Shown: one piece after another, positions 9,103 to 21,378 of the stretch
Numbering within the stretch: the first letter of the stretch is position 1
Layout: every line of letters begins with the position of its first letter
Source of the DNA: Patescibacteria group bacterium
GTDB lineage: Bacteria; Patescibacteriota; CPR2; UBA1875; JAMCYV01
Reading direction: 5' to 3'
NCBI GenBank assembly: GCA_023473595.1
Contig: JAMCYV010000011.1
Coordinates: 1 to 60,335 of the forward strand
DNA length: 60,335 nucleotides
Made by a program: the position numbers and the translations under genes
The notes under the pieces: model-generated
Databases searched by the model: none
What the model was told of the DNA's origin: nothing
What the model saw: the letters and a program-made list of their open reading frames with translations, nothing else

Positions 9103-9522
9103 ATGTTAGACCTTAAGACTAATCCAGAGGAGGTCAATCCTCTTGGAGAAGAAGAAAATTTAAAAAGCGGTGAATTTCCGCTTCCAAGCCCTGAGAAAAA
9201 GGAGACGGAAGAAGTAATTGCTCCTGAACCGAATGTTATGCCAGCTGAAAAACCGCAAACTCAAGCACCGATTCCAAATATCCCGCCGGTAGTTTCTCCC
9301 CAAAAGCCATCAGGGGTTCAAAATCCCCAAACTTCGCCTCTACCCGTTGATAGTGAAGCTGAAGATACTGATAGTATTGAAAAGCCTTGGGTTGATAAGG
9401 CGGAGGAAATCATAAAAGACCACAAAAGCGATCCGTACACAGAAGAAGAAGACCATGAAAACTTAGAAATCGAATATCTCTCTAAAAGGTTTGGTAAAAA
9501 CATAAAAAAGGGCGACGATTAA
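9103..9522 (+). CDS. acidic, proline-rich hypothetical protein
   Basis: 139-aa ORF with RBS taaggag. E/P-rich low-complexity N half. No signal peptide or TM seen. Confidence 0.65.
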   Translation: MLDLKTNPEEVNPLGEEENLKSGEFPLPSPEKKETEEVIAPEPNVMPAEKPQTQAPIPNIPPVVSPQKPSGVQNPQTSPLPVDSEAEDTDSIEKPWVDKAEEIIKDHKSDPYTEEEDHENLEIEYLSKRFGKNIKKGDD

Positions 9523-9530
9523 CTTAAAAA

Positions 9531-12008
9531 ATGTTTATTACTCTTCTTATTTCAATAATTGTTCTTTCGGCAGCCGGTTTTGCAGGATTCTTTTTTTATA
9601 GAAAGAGCCGAAGCTGGCGGAAACAGATTGAAAGATCTCTAAAAATGGTCCCTTTTATAGTGAGAATTCCCCAATCTACAGGACAAGATAGGGCAGGGAA
9701 TAGGGATGAAAGAGAGATTGCCAAGGAACTTATCTCCAAAGCAGAAAATGTCTATTACTCCATTTATTCGACCTATAAGAAGGGGTTTAAGAATTTTATA
9801 GTTGGCCAAAAACATTTGGCAATCGAGATAGTAGCCCAAAAAGGGGAAATCTCTTTTTATTTTTCTGTGCCCATTACTTTAGTCGGACTTATTGAGAAGA
9901 CGATCACTTCCCAGTATTCGGAGGCGGTAGTAGAAGAGGCAGAGGAACATAATATTTTCTTTAAAGAACAAAACTTAAGAGATATTTATGGAGGCGAGTT
10001 TTCTTTAAGAAGAAAATCTATCTTTCCTTTAAAAACTTATGAGACGATTGATCTTGATCCTTTAGAAGCGATTACCAATTCTCTTAGCAAGCTCGAAGAG
10101 AAAGAAGGGGCGGCGATCCAAATTCTTATTCGACCGGCCGATCCTAAATTCGTAAAATCAGCGAAATATGTCGCCGACCGGATGCAAAAAGGCGAATATA
10201 AAGAAAAGTTTATGTTCTCTAAGGTAGCTAGGGAAATCGGAAAAGGGCTTTCAAATGCAGCGCTCAATAAACAGGAAGACTTTTCTAATAAACAAGCCAA
10301 ACAGCTGACTCCAGCTGAAGAAGAGACAATAAAAGCGATTCAAAACAAAGCATCAAAGCCGGTTTTTGAAACGGTTATAAGAGTCATAGTCTCTGCTTCT
10401 AGTCCGGTAAGGGGAGAAATGATCCAGAATGAAATTATCGGCTCCTTCCAGCAATTCAATGATTTTAATTTAAACCAATTAAAATTTGAGAGAGCCAAAG
10501 ACAAAGAAAGGCTGGTAACTGATTATATTTTTCGATTTTTCGGGTTCAGGAGTCAAATGATTTTAAATGCGGAGGAGCTAGCATCAATCTATCATTTGCC
10601 CAATTATTTGATTAGGACTCCTAATATTAAATGGCTGCCAGCCAAGAGGACAGCAGCTCCTGTGGCTTTGCCAAGCGAAGGGACTATCCTAGGCGAGACG
10701 GCTTTCAGAGGAGAAACCAGGGACATCCGGCTTTCTAATGAAGATCAAAAAAGGCATATCTACATTATCGGGCAGACCGGAACTGGTAAGACGAATATGA
10801 TGAAAAATATGATTCTTGATGAGATAAGCAAAGGCAACGGACTTTGCTACATCGATCCTCACGGGATGGACTTCCAAGATATTCTCTATAAAATTCCTAA
10901 GGAAAGGGCGGAAGATGTCGTTATTTTCGACGCTTCGGATGTCGAAAGGCCTTTAGGGCTTAATCTTTTTGAAGCAAAAACTATTGAAGAGCAAGATTTT
11001 GTTATCCAAGAGGCTATCCAAATGCTCTATAAGCTCTATGATCCAGGGCACACTGGAATAATGGGGCCGAGGTTCGAACATTGGTTTAGGAATGCGGCTC
11101 TTGCCATTATGGCCGATCCCAAGGGCGGGACGTTCCTGGAAGTTCCCAAAATCTTTACCGATGATAACTATTTGCAAGAAAAACTTAAGTATGTAAAAGA
11201 TCCAGTAGTTAGGAATTTCTGGCTTTCGGAAATGGCCCAGACAAATGAATTTCATAAGTCTGAAGTCTTGGGCTGGTTTGTCGGCAAATTCGGCGCTTTT
11301 ATGACAAATTCCACTATGCGAAACATTTTAGGGCAGGTCGAGACTTCCTTAAATTTACAGGAGATTATGGATAAGAAGAAAATTCTTTTAATTAATCTTG
11401 CCAAGGGCAAAGTCGGGGAGCTAAATATGTCGCTTTTAGGGATGATTTTAGTCTCCAAGATTCAAATGACGGCAATGAGCAGAGTGGGAATGCCCGAAGA
11501 CCAAATAGTTGATTTTACTCTCTATGTCGATGAATTCCAAAACTTTGCGACCGATTCTTTTGCCAGTATTCTATCTGAAGCCCGAAAATTCGGACTTCGA
11601 CTTGTTGTCGCTAATCAGTTCATAGGGCAATTAAAAGAAGAGATCAAAGATGCGGTTTTTGGGAATGTTGGCACTCTTGTTAGTTTCAGAGTCGGGCCGG
11701 AGGATGGGGAATTTATGGCCAAGCAATTTGAACCGGTCTTTAATACTTCTGATCTTATCAATATCGAAAACTACCATGCTTTCATTAAACTTATGGTAAG
11801 CGGAATGCCGACTAAGCCTTTCACCATGAAAGCCAAACCGCCTACGGGTACAGCTGATAAAGGAAGAGGGGAAGCAATAAGGCAGCTTGCACGTCTTAAA
11901 TACGGCCGGGCAAGGGAGATTGTTGATAAAGAAATTCAAGAAAAGCTTCAGATAGGAGGAAAGACTGAAGCTCCGATGGATGTTCCAAGGGATATAATGG
12001 GGGGCTAG
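9531..12008 (+). CDS. membrane-anchored P-loop ATPase of the TraD/VirD4/HerA (type IV coupling protein-like) superfamily
   Basis: N-terminal TM (LLISIIVLSAAGFAGFFFY), Walker A GQTGTGKT, IDPHG motif, Walker B FTLYVDEFQNF, then ARKFGLRLVVANQ. Confidence 0.85.
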   Translation: MFITLLISIIVLSAAGFAGFFFYRKSRSWRKQIERSLKMVPFIVRIPQSTGQDRAGNRDEREIAKELISKAENVYYSIYSTYKKGFKNFIVGQKHLAIEIVAQKGEISFYFSVPITLVGLIEKTITSQYSEAVVEEAEEHNIFFKEQNLRDIYGGEFSLRRKSIFPLKTYETIDLDPLEAITNSLSKLEEKEGAAIQILIRPADPKFVKSAKYVADRMQKGEYKEKFMFSKVAREIGKGLSNAALNKQEDFSNKQAKQLTPAEEETIKAIQNKASKPVFETVIRVIVSASSPVRGEMIQNEIIGSFQQFNDFNLNQLKFERAKDKERLVTDYIFRFFGFRSQMILNAEELASIYHLPNYLIRTPNIKWLPAKRTAAPVALPSEGTILGETAFRGETRDIRLSNEDQKRHIYIIGQTGTGKTNMMKNMILDEISKGNGLCYIDPHGMDFQDILYKIPKERAEDVVIFDASDVERPLGLNLFEAKTIEEQDFVIQEAIQMLYKLYDPGHTGIMGPRFEHWFRNAALAIMADPKGGTFLEVPKIFTDDNYLQEKLKYVKDPVVRNFWLSEMAQTNEFHKSEVLGWFVGKFGAFMTNSTMRNILGQVETSLNLQEIMDKKKILLINLAKGKVGELNMSLLGMILVSKIQMTAMSRVGMPEDQIVDFTLYVDEFQNFATDSFASILSEARKFGLRLVVANQFIGQLKEEIKDAVFGNVGTLVSFRVGPEDGEFMAKQFEPVFNTSDLINIENYHAFIKLMVSGMPTKPFTMKAKPPTGTADKGRGEAIRQLARLKYGRAREIVDKEIQEKLQIGGKTEAPMDVPRDIMGG

Positions 12009-12010
12009 CC

Positions 12011-12039
12011 TTGACATTTCTTAGTTTTTATGGTTAAAT
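12011..12039 (+). promoter_or_regulatory. candidate sigma70-type promoter for the coiled-coil gene
   Basis: ttgaca(12011-12016), 17-nt spacer, ttaaat(12034-12039). Confidence 0.35.
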
Positions 12040-12058
12040 AAGTGAAAAGTTAATTTTT

Positions 12059-14998
12059 ATGGCGAATCCCAATAAATTATCAAATCCTAATACTCAATTT
12101 GACGAGGCTAAAGTCTCCAAATTAGCCGATGGTGTTTATGATGCTTTGAAAAGTAGCGGGCAGGAGGAGACTGAAAAAGAGCTATTGAATCGTGGCCTCA
12201 TTGAAACTGAAATGCAAGGCAGTGATAAAGTGCCTAAAAGAGATGCAAGCGGCAATGTCGTTTTTGTAAAAAGTAAGGAAGAAGACGCTGAAGCTTATAA
12301 AAGAGGTCTCTCAAAATTTCGAAATTTTGATAGACAGGCTAATGATATGTTGGAACTTTTAAATAGTAAAAAGGGGGTAGATAGGCTAAAAAGAGCATTA
12401 ACAACTCAGCAATTAGTCGATTCGGAATTTAATAAATCTACAAAAGAGTGGGTTTCTATCCCTGATAATAATGGTAATTTAGTCTTTAAAGACAAAATTG
12501 TTGAAGACGCCTATAAAGAAGCCTATGAACTAAAAAAACAGGGCAAAAAGCCTGTCAAAGCGGTTCACCCAGCCTCGGAACCCTCACTTTCTAATAGTCC
12601 TGCGTCGTCAGAAAAAAGCTGGGATGAGAAGATGAAAGAACATGATAAATGGACAAAAGGTTTGGCTGAAAAACATGAAAAAGGTAGGGAAAAAGTAGAG
12701 CAGACAGAATATAAGAAAAATTTAGAAGCCATTGAAAAAGCTAAGAAGCTAAGCGATATTACTGATTATTTCAATGATCTGGCCTTAGAAACTGAAACCA
12801 ATGAACTGATTACTGCTGAAGAAAAACATTTTGAAAAGGGAGTTCCCATTGATACAGAGGGCGAGAAGTTATTTGCCGAGTTTAAAAAAAAGGCGCAGAC
12901 AATCGAAAGAAATAGGGTACAAGAGTTTGCAAAATCGAAAGTCGAAGAAATTTTTAAGGATGCTGCCGAAAACCCGTTCAACCTGACGGAAAAAATAGCC
13001 AAAACGAGAGCTCTTGATGCTTTGCCTTCAGATATCTTAAGATCCTTTTCTGATGAGGGGATAAAAAACCAAGTTCTAGAAGCTTTAGAAAAAGATATTT
13101 TTGAAATAAGTCCTCAAGGGGAAATTCGAATAGGTATAGATAAAGATGGCAACCAACTCCCGGAAGCGGTCGCTGCTTTTGAATTTCTAAAAACAGAGAC
13201 TAACTCTCTTATAACAAAAGAAGCTGTAGATGAAGCAGTTGAAAGAGGCGAAAATAGCAATTTGGGGATTTCTGATAAGCTGCAAGCCGTTTATAAAACT
13301 GTGGGTGAAAGCAATACTCTAAAAAGGCTTGAGCCAAAGGATATTTTGGAAAGTATTGGTGGTCAGCATCCTGAAATTAAAGATCGCATTCTTGCTCTCA
13401 TTGACCAAAAAGTCTTATCTATCGATGAAAATAGTGAAATAAAGCTAGCTAAAGATGCCGACGGCAGTGATTTATCTGGAGCAGTTGCAGCTTTAAATGA
13501 AATTGCAAAAGATACTCGAGAACTAATCGAAGCTCAGAATCGAGAAGAAATTCTGAACCCCATAACTATAAATAAAAGGACGGCCGAGAGAATGAATCAG
13601 CATCCTGTCGGCGAAGCCATGGCTAAATATTTGGATGACTTAAATTCAGAAAGGCTAAAGCTTGAAGCAGAGCTTGCCGGGAGATCCTGGCTTAAGATGC
13701 TTGGCGGTGAAAGCCGAAGCATAAAAGCTGAACTTAAAGAAAAAAAAGCAGATCTTAAGGAAATGACTAAACTTAAGGAAGAATGGCTTAGCCGAGAAGT
13801 AAGGTATATAAGACAATCAGTTGAAAACCAAGAAGAGCTTAGAAGACTTTTTGCTGAAAATCCGGATGGCAGATTTGACGACGAAACAGTTAAGAAGATT
13901 CTAAAGAACAATGCTAAAATGGCTTCTTCATGGAGAGAGATTCACGATGATCTCTTTTCAAGGATTATTACTGAAGGGGGTTTTGAGACTTCTCCTGAAT
14001 CAATCGAAGGCTATAAGGGGCCGTCTTCTGCCGAGATCTTATCCGAAAGCGAGGAAAAGGACGAAATTTTAGGAGAAATTCAAGCCGATATTATTAGCAA
14101 GTTAACTGATGCCGAATTAAGCAAAGAGGAAGCCCAAGATTTTATAAAAGACCAGGGCGGCGAATCGATCGCTTATCTTGCGATGGATAAAAAAGCTAGA
14201 AAAATCATGCTCGGCGATTTAAACGAGCTTTTATATAATATTGAAAATTATAAACCAGGCGAGATTTTCAATATTTTAGACATGCTAAAACAAAATGAAA
14301 AATTAGAGAAGCAGCACGATAATACTCTCAAGAGGGAAGTAAAAGGTAGAATCAGGAGCTTCAAAATTCAAGGATTCTTTAGAAGAAGGGAGAAAGAAGC
14401 AAAGCAGATTTTTCGTCGGACTCTTAATTCAACTGCTCAGGTAGAATACGACACTAAGCTTAAAGAAGTAATTGAAGAAGGTAAAAATAGGGCAACTGCC
14501 GGGACTTTGAGGTGGCTTGGCAAAAGGCATCAAGAGCTAAAAGGCATTCCGACAGAAGTTAGCTACGGGTATTCAAGTACGATGGACTTTCTAAATTCCG
14601 CTCTCCAATTTGTAGGTAATCTCGAAGTCGCCGGCAGACCGGTAGCAAGCGGAGTTTTTAATACTGAAGGCAGGGGAATTGAGCTAGGCCACGATCTAGA
14701 CAGAAAAAAACAAAGACTTCAGGACTTAAAGGCAGTTCGAGCGAGGCTTATTCAAAGCAGCAAAAGAAATGCCGAAAAAAGAGAGCTAGATGATCAGAAA
14801 AAAAAGAGAGCAAAAAATATTGCTAGAATCAAAAGAAAAAGAATAGAGGCTGGAAATCGAGCCGAACATGAAGCCCTTAGAGAACAAGAGGGGTACATTA
14901 CTGCGGAAGAAGAACTCCAAGCGCGACTTCAAGAATCAGCCGATTTCTTTAATAATTTAAAAGATTTATTAACGCCGACCAAAAAAGAAAATGAGTAA
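12059..14998 (+). CDS. very large K/E-rich coiled-coil protein, hypothetical
   Basis: 979-aa uninterrupted ORF, heavily charged. Internal ~65-aa duplication (about 13010-13225 and 13325-13540). Basic C-terminal tail. Confidence 0.8.
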   Translation: MANPNKLSNPNTQFDEAKVSKLADGVYDALKSSGQEETEKELLNRGLIETEMQGSDKVPKRDASGNVVFVKSKEEDAEAYKRGLSKFRNFDRQANDMLELLNSKKGVDRLKRALTTQQLVDSEFNKSTKEWVSIPDNNGNLVFKDKIVEDAYKEAYELKKQGKKPVKAVHPASEPSLSNSPASSEKSWDEKMKEHDKWTKGLAEKHEKGREKVEQTEYKKNLEAIEKAKKLSDITDYFNDLALETETNELITAEEKHFEKGVPIDTEGEKLFAEFKKKAQTIERNRVQEFAKSKVEEIFKDAAENPFNLTEKIAKTRALDALPSDILRSFSDEGIKNQVLEALEKDIFEISPQGEIRIGIDKDGNQLPEAVAAFEFLKTETNSLITKEAVDEAVERGENSNLGISDKLQAVYKTVGESNTLKRLEPKDILESIGGQHPEIKDRILALIDQKVLSIDENSEIKLAKDADGSDLSGAVAALNEIAKDTRELIEAQNREEILNPITINKRTAERMNQHPVGEAMAKYLDDLNSERLKLEAELAGRSWLKMLGGESRSIKAELKEKKADLKEMTKLKEEWLSREVRYIRQSVENQEELRRLFAENPDGRFDDETVKKILKNNAKMASSWREIHDDLFSRIITEGGFETSPESIEGYKGPSSAEILSESEEKDEILGEIQADIISKLTDAELSKEEAQDFIKDQGGESIAYLAMDKKARKIMLGDLNELLYNIENYKPGEIFNILDMLKQNEKLEKQHDNTLKREVKGRIRSFKIQGFFRRREKEAKQIFRRTLNSTAQVEYDTKLKEVIEEGKNRATAGTLRWLGKRHQELKGIPTEVSYGYSSTMDFLNSALQFVGNLEVAGRPVASGVFNTEGRGIELGHDLDRKKQRLQDLKAVRARLIQSSKRNAEKRELDDQKKKRAKNIARIKRKRIEAGNRAEHEALREQEGYITAEEELQARLQESADFFNNLKDLLTPTKKENE

Positions 14999-15389
14999 GA
15001 CAGAAGCCGATACAAAGAAACAAATAATATCTATCTTAAAAGAACAGCTTAATCTAGATGAAAAAACTGCTGATTCTTTAATACAAAAAATTGAAAAAAA
15101 TGGCTTAGATCCTGTTTTGCCAGAAATTATTTCCTTATATGACAAGCATATTGCGAAGGAAGAACAAGAAATTTCAAATACCGAAAAACAGACCGAGACC
15201 GAAAATGATTCAAAGTTTGAAAAATGGTTTGATGAAGAATACCAAAAAAGGTATGTCGAGCCGGAGACCAAAGACCAGGACAAAGCTCTGGAAGATCTGG
15301 ACAAAGAACTTACTGAAATTGAGTCGGATGTTAACCGAAAAATAGAGAAATTGAACCAGGATTTTAAAGCTAAAATATCTAGCAAATAA
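14991..15389 (+). CDS. acidic coiled-coil hypothetical protein
   Basis: 132-aa ORF. Its ATG overlaps the stop of the preceding gene (aaaATGAGTAA), suggesting translational coupling. Confidence 0.6.
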   Translation: MSKTEADTKKQIISILKEQLNLDEKTADSLIQKIEKNGLDPVLPEIISLYDKHIAKEEQEISNTEKQTETENDSKFEKWFDEEYQKRYVEPETKDQDKALEDLDKELTEIESDVNRKIEKLNQDFKAKISSK

Positions 15390-15414
15390 AGGGCAAAATT
15401 AGCTTTTAAAAAGT

Positions 15415-15443
15415 TTGCATTTTTTCCTTTAATTAGGTATAAT
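15415..15443 (+). promoter_or_regulatory. candidate gyrB promoter
   Basis: ttgcat(15415-15420), 17-nt spacer, tataat(15438-15443). The 14-mer attaggtataattt recurs upstream of the GIY-YIG gene at about 20734. Confidence 0.5.
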
Positions 15444-15450
15444 TTATACA

Positions 15451-15490
15451 GAAAATATGATTAGATTAAGGATCATATTTTCTTTTGTTG
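15451..15490 (+). promoter_or_regulatory. 5'-leader hairpin followed by a U tract (terminator-like)
   Basis: Perfect 11-bp stem gaaaatatgat(15451-15461)/atcatattttc(15472-15482), followed by ttttgttg. Confidence 0.45.
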
Positions 15491-15538
15491 AGGGCTTCTA
15501 GAGAAAGTTCCTTAAAGCCCAAAAAGGGAGGAAATTAA

Positions 15539-17920
<2,382 letters not shown>

Positions 17921-17926
17921 ATCCGC

Positions 17927-17980
17927 TGTCATTCTCGGGCTTGACCCGGGAATCCAGAGATTCCCGCTTTCGGGAATAAC
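17927..17980 (+). repeat. TGTCAT-hairpin dispersed element (copy a)
   Basis: tgtcattc, then hairpin attctcggg/cccgggaat, then a perfect attcccg-cttt-cgggaat hairpin. Lies 7 nt after the gyrB stop. Confidence 0.7.
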
Positions 17981-18136
17981 AAAAGAGGAATGAAAAGATA
18001 AAAATGAAAAGGAAAAAATACAACTAAAAATTCAAAATTATTCTTCGACCGGAGTGGAGAAGTACAATAATGTAGTTCTCGACAGGTTCGAACAATAATA
18101 GCTAGTAACTAGTGGCTAGCAACAAGAGATAAATAT

Positions 18137-20686
18137 ATGGCAGATAAATTAATTGAAGAAAATAATAATATTGGACAGCTAAAGCCTCAAGACATCTCGG
18201 AAGAGATGAAGAAGAGCTATCTTGATTATGCGATGAGTGTTATCGTCTCTCGAGCGCTTCCGGATGTCCGTGACGGCCTTAAGCCTGTTCACCGTCGGGT
18301 CCTTTACGCGATGAATAATATCGGTCTAAGGTCTACCGCCAAATTTAGGAAGTCGGCGACGATCGTCGGTGAGGTTTTAGGTAAATATCATCCCCATGGG
18401 GATGTTGCCGTTTACGATACAATCGTCCGAATGGCTCAGGATTTTTCTCTCCGATACCCGATGATCAACGGGCAGGGGAACTTCGGCTCGATGGACGGCG
18501 ACTCCGCAGCTGCGATGCGTTACACCGAAGCCAAGATGGCCAAAATTTCCGAAGAGATTTTGACAGACATCGATAAAGACACGGTTGATTTTGTGCCGAA
18601 CTACGACGGCACTTTAAAAGAGCCGGTCGTTCTTCCGTCAAAAGTCCCGACTTTGCTTTTAAACGGCCAAGAGGGTATTGCGGTCGGAATGGCGACCAAA
18701 ATCCCGCCTCATAACCTAGGGGAGCTTTGCGACGGTATTTGCCATTTGATTGATAATTCCGAAGCGACTATTGAGGATTTGATGCAGTTTGTTAAAGGGC
18801 CGGATTTTCCGACCGGCGGCGTTATCTACGATATTGCCGAGATTAAAAATGCCTACGGGACGGGAAAAGGCAGCATTATTACTCGGGCAGTAGCCGAAAT
18901 TGAGGAAGGCAAGAAAAACGATATGCGAATCGTTATTTCCGAGATCCCATATCAAGTAAACAAAGCCGGTCTTATTACTAAAATTGCAGAGCTAGTGAAA
19001 GAAAAGAAAATTCAAGGGATCGGCGACATTCGGGATGAATCAGATAGAAAGGACTCGGTCCGAATTATTATTGAGCTTAAAAAAGACGCCTATGCCAACA
19101 AGATTTTGAATCAGCTTTATAAGCTGACTCCGATGCAGACTTCTTATCATGTAAATATGCTGGCTTTGGTTGACGGCATTCAGCCTCAAGTCTTGACTCT
19201 TAAAATGATTTTTGAGGAATTCATTAAACACCGCCGAGTCGTTGTTCGCCGAAGGACAGAATTTGAGCTTAAGAAAGCCAAAGACAGGGCCCATATTTTA
19301 GAGGGGCTCTTAAAGGCGCTTAAAAATATCGACGCTGTTATTAAGACTATCAAAGCCTCGGCGACTAAAGAAATCGCCCATAAAAATTTAAAGAGCAAAT
19401 TTAAGCTGACGGCTATTCAGGCCCAGGCTATCCTCGATATGCGTCTTCAGGCTTTAGCCGGACTTGAAAGAAAGAAGATTGAAGATGAATACAAGGAACT
19501 TCAAAAAATCATTGCCGATTTGGAAGCAATTCTTAAAAACGAAAAAAAGATTTTAGACATTATTAAAAACGAACTTTTAGAAATTAAAAACAAATACGGC
19601 GATGAAAGAAGGACCAAAGTGATTAAAGGCAAGCTAGGGGAATTCACCGAAGCCGACTTGGTCCCGAATGAGACAGTCATTGTGGCTCTTACCAAAGGAA
19701 ATTATATTAAGCGAATTTTGGCTTCGACTTTCCGCCAGCAGCAGCGGGGCGGCAAGGGCGTCGTCGGAATGAGCACCAAAGAAGAGGATGTTTTGGAACA
19801 CATGGTCCTTACTCACAACCACGATGACATTATGTTCTTTACTAACCAGGGCCGGGTTTTCCGCTCCAAGGTTTATGAGATTCCGATGGCTTCAAGGATC
19901 GCCAAAGGTTCTCCAATTGTAAATTTCATCCAGCTTGCGCCGGAAGAAGTTGTAACCTCTGTCATTACCGTCACCAAGGATCAGAACGAAGGCGCTAAGT
20001 ACTTATTTATGTCGACTAAGAACGGAACGGTCAAGAAAGTGCCGATCGAACAATTTGCGAACGTCAGACGTTCAGGACTTATTGCGATTGGGCTTCAAAA
20101 AGGCGACCAGCTTCTCTGGGTCAAGGCGACAAACGGAAATGATGAAATTATTATGGCCTCAAAGTCTGGTCTCGCCAATAGATTCAAGGAAAAAGATGTC
20201 CGGCCAATGGGCCGAGCGGCTAGAGGCGTCCGGGGAATGCGACTCAAGAAAGACGATCAGCTGGTCGGTACCGATGTCATTATTCCAAAGGGCGAACTCT
20301 TGGTCATTATGGAAAACGGCTATGGGAAAAGGACGAATATCGATGAATTCAGTCCGCATCACAGAGGGGGAGTAGGAATGAAAGCAGCAGTTGTGACGCC
20401 AAAAACCGGAAATTTGTCAGATGTTAGAATTATTACCGAACTAAAAGAAGATCTAGTCGTGGTTTCGACTAAGGGCGTCATTATCCGCGTGCCTTTAGGC
20501 GGCATTTCCAAGATCGGGCGGGCGACTCAAGGGGTCCGAATTATGCGTCTCGGCGACGGCGACAAAGTCGCTTCTGTAACTTTGGTTGTGGAAGAAAAGA
20601 TTGAAGAAGAAGTGTCGAAAGAAGAAGGTTTAGGCGATTCTAAAGATAGCGACTTTAAAGCCCAAGAGCAAGAGAAGTTGATATAA
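18137..20686 (+). CDS. gyrA: DNA gyrase subunit A
   Basis: [36 protein letters not shown] (catalytic Tyr), C-terminal beta-pinwheel repeats, acidic tail. Confidence 0.97.
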   Translation: MADKLIEENNNIGQLKPQDISEEMKKSYLDYAMSVIVSRALPDVRDGLKPVHRRVLYAMNNIGLRSTAKFRKSATIVGEVLGKYHPHGDVAVYDTIVRMAQDFSLRYPMINGQGNFGSMDGDSAAAMRYTEAKMAKISEEILTDIDKDTVDFVPNYDGTLKEPVVLPSKVPTLLLNGQEGIAVGMATKIPPHNLGELCDGICHLIDNSEATIEDLMQFVKGPDFPTGGVIYDIAEIKNAYGTGKGSIITRAVAEIEEGKKNDMRIVISEIPYQVNKAGLITKIAELVKEKKIQGIGDIRDESDRKDSVRIIIELKKDAYANKILNQLYKLTPMQTSYHVNMLALVDGIQPQVLTLKMIFEEFIKHRRVVVRRRTEFELKKAKDRAHILEGLLKALKNIDAVIKTIKASATKEIAHKNLKSKFKLTAIQAQAILDMRLQALAGLERKKIEDEYKELQKIIADLEAILKNEKKILDIIKNELLEIKNKYGDERRTKVIKGKLGEFTEADLVPNETVIVALTKGNYIKRILASTFRQQQRGGKGVVGMSTKEEDVLEHMVLTHNHDDIMFFTNQGRVFRSKVYEIPMASRIAKGSPIVNFIQLAPEEVVTSVITVTKDQNEGAKYLFMSTKNGTVKKVPIEQFANVRRSGLIAIGLQKGDQLLWVKATNGNDEIIMASKSGLANRFKEKDVRPMGRAARGVRGMRLKKDDQLVGTDVIIPKGELLVIMENGYGKRTNIDEFSPHHRGGVGMKAAVVTPKTGNLSDVRIITELKEDLVVVSTKGVIIRVPLGGISKIGRATQGVRIMRLGDGDKVASVTLVVEEKIEEEVSKEEGLGDSKDSDFKAQEQEKLI

Positions 20687-20739
20687 GGAATTATTTTCGT
20701 TGTCATTGCGAGGAACGAAGCAATCTCTTTAATATTAGG

Positions 20740-20745
20740 TATAAT
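20740..20745 (+). promoter_or_regulatory. candidate -10 box (tataat) 5 nt before the GIY-YIG ATG
   Basis: attaggtataattt followed by ttttATGATG. The spacing implies a leaderless or near-leaderless mRNA. Confidence 0.35.
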
Positions 20746-20750
20746 TTTTT

Positions 20751-21041
20751 ATGATGAGTAAACAATATTATATCTATATAATGACTAATAAAACTAATTC
20801 TGTACTTTATACAGGGGTAACTAATGATCTAAAAAAGAGGGTTTATCAGCATAGGGAAAAGTTAACAGAAGGTTTTACTAAAAAATATAACGTTAATAAA
20901 CTAGTTTATTTTGAGATTTTTAAAGACGTAAGAAGCGCTATATCAAGAGAGAAACAGATCAAAGGCGGGCCTCGGCAAAAGAAAATTGACCTCATTCAGT
21001 CTCTAAATCCAGATTGGAATGAACTTTATTTAGAGCTTTAG
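20751..21041 (+). CDS. GIY-YIG nuclease family protein (short, UPF0213/YhbQ-like)
   Basis: YYIYIMTNKTNSVLYTGVTNDLKKRVYQH ... REKQIKG, the GIY-YIG core. 96 aa. Confidence 0.85.
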   Translation: MMSKQYYIYIMTNKTNSVLYTGVTNDLKKRVYQHREKLTEGFTKKYNVNKLVYFEIFKDVRSAISREKQIKGGPRQKKIDLIQSLNPDWNELYLEL

Positions 21042-21378
21042 ATTGCTTCGTCGTCTCTCCTCGCAATGACAAAAAGTGTTAAGTCGGGTAAAAGGTTGCT
21101 ATAATAAAAGATAAAGTTAGAAAGCCATTTATAAATCTTACGGGGGAAATAAATGGCGGATTTACAAAAACTAGAACAGGAAATAAAGGTGATTGTGGAA
21201 AGGAACAAAAGGGGAAAGCTAAATAAATAGAAATAACCCTCCAGCCTCTTGACAGAAAATAGATAAAAATTTGACAATCAAATCTTCCTTTCTCTAATCC
21301 GCGCGAATAAGCGAAAGGTATACATTCTAAGAAAGTCAGAATATCATTTAGATGGTTTCTTAATCTTCGGATAGATAT

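Larger units (their letters stand above)
20701..21071 (+). mobile_element. GIY-YIG gene cassette bounded by inverted repeats
   Basis: Left tgtcattgcgaggaacgaagcaatctc(20701-20727). Right agattgcttcgtcgtctctcctcgcaatgaca(21040-21071). 25 matching positions in inverse orientation, with a 6-7-nt indel in the right arm. Confidence 0.6.

Noticed and set aside
9531-12008. A complete conjugative or type IV secretion island around the TraD-like ATPase
   Set aside because: No VirB4, relaxase, pilin, integrase or flanking att/tRNA boundaries are present. The flanks are core genes, so it is reported as an orphan ATPase operon instead.
21038-21277. 79-aa minus-strand ORF, the 70-aa ORF at 22306-22518, and a 25-codon + strand ORF near 21153
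   Set aside because: They have no motifs, odd composition, no coding context, and lie in repeat or leader-like intergenic sequence.
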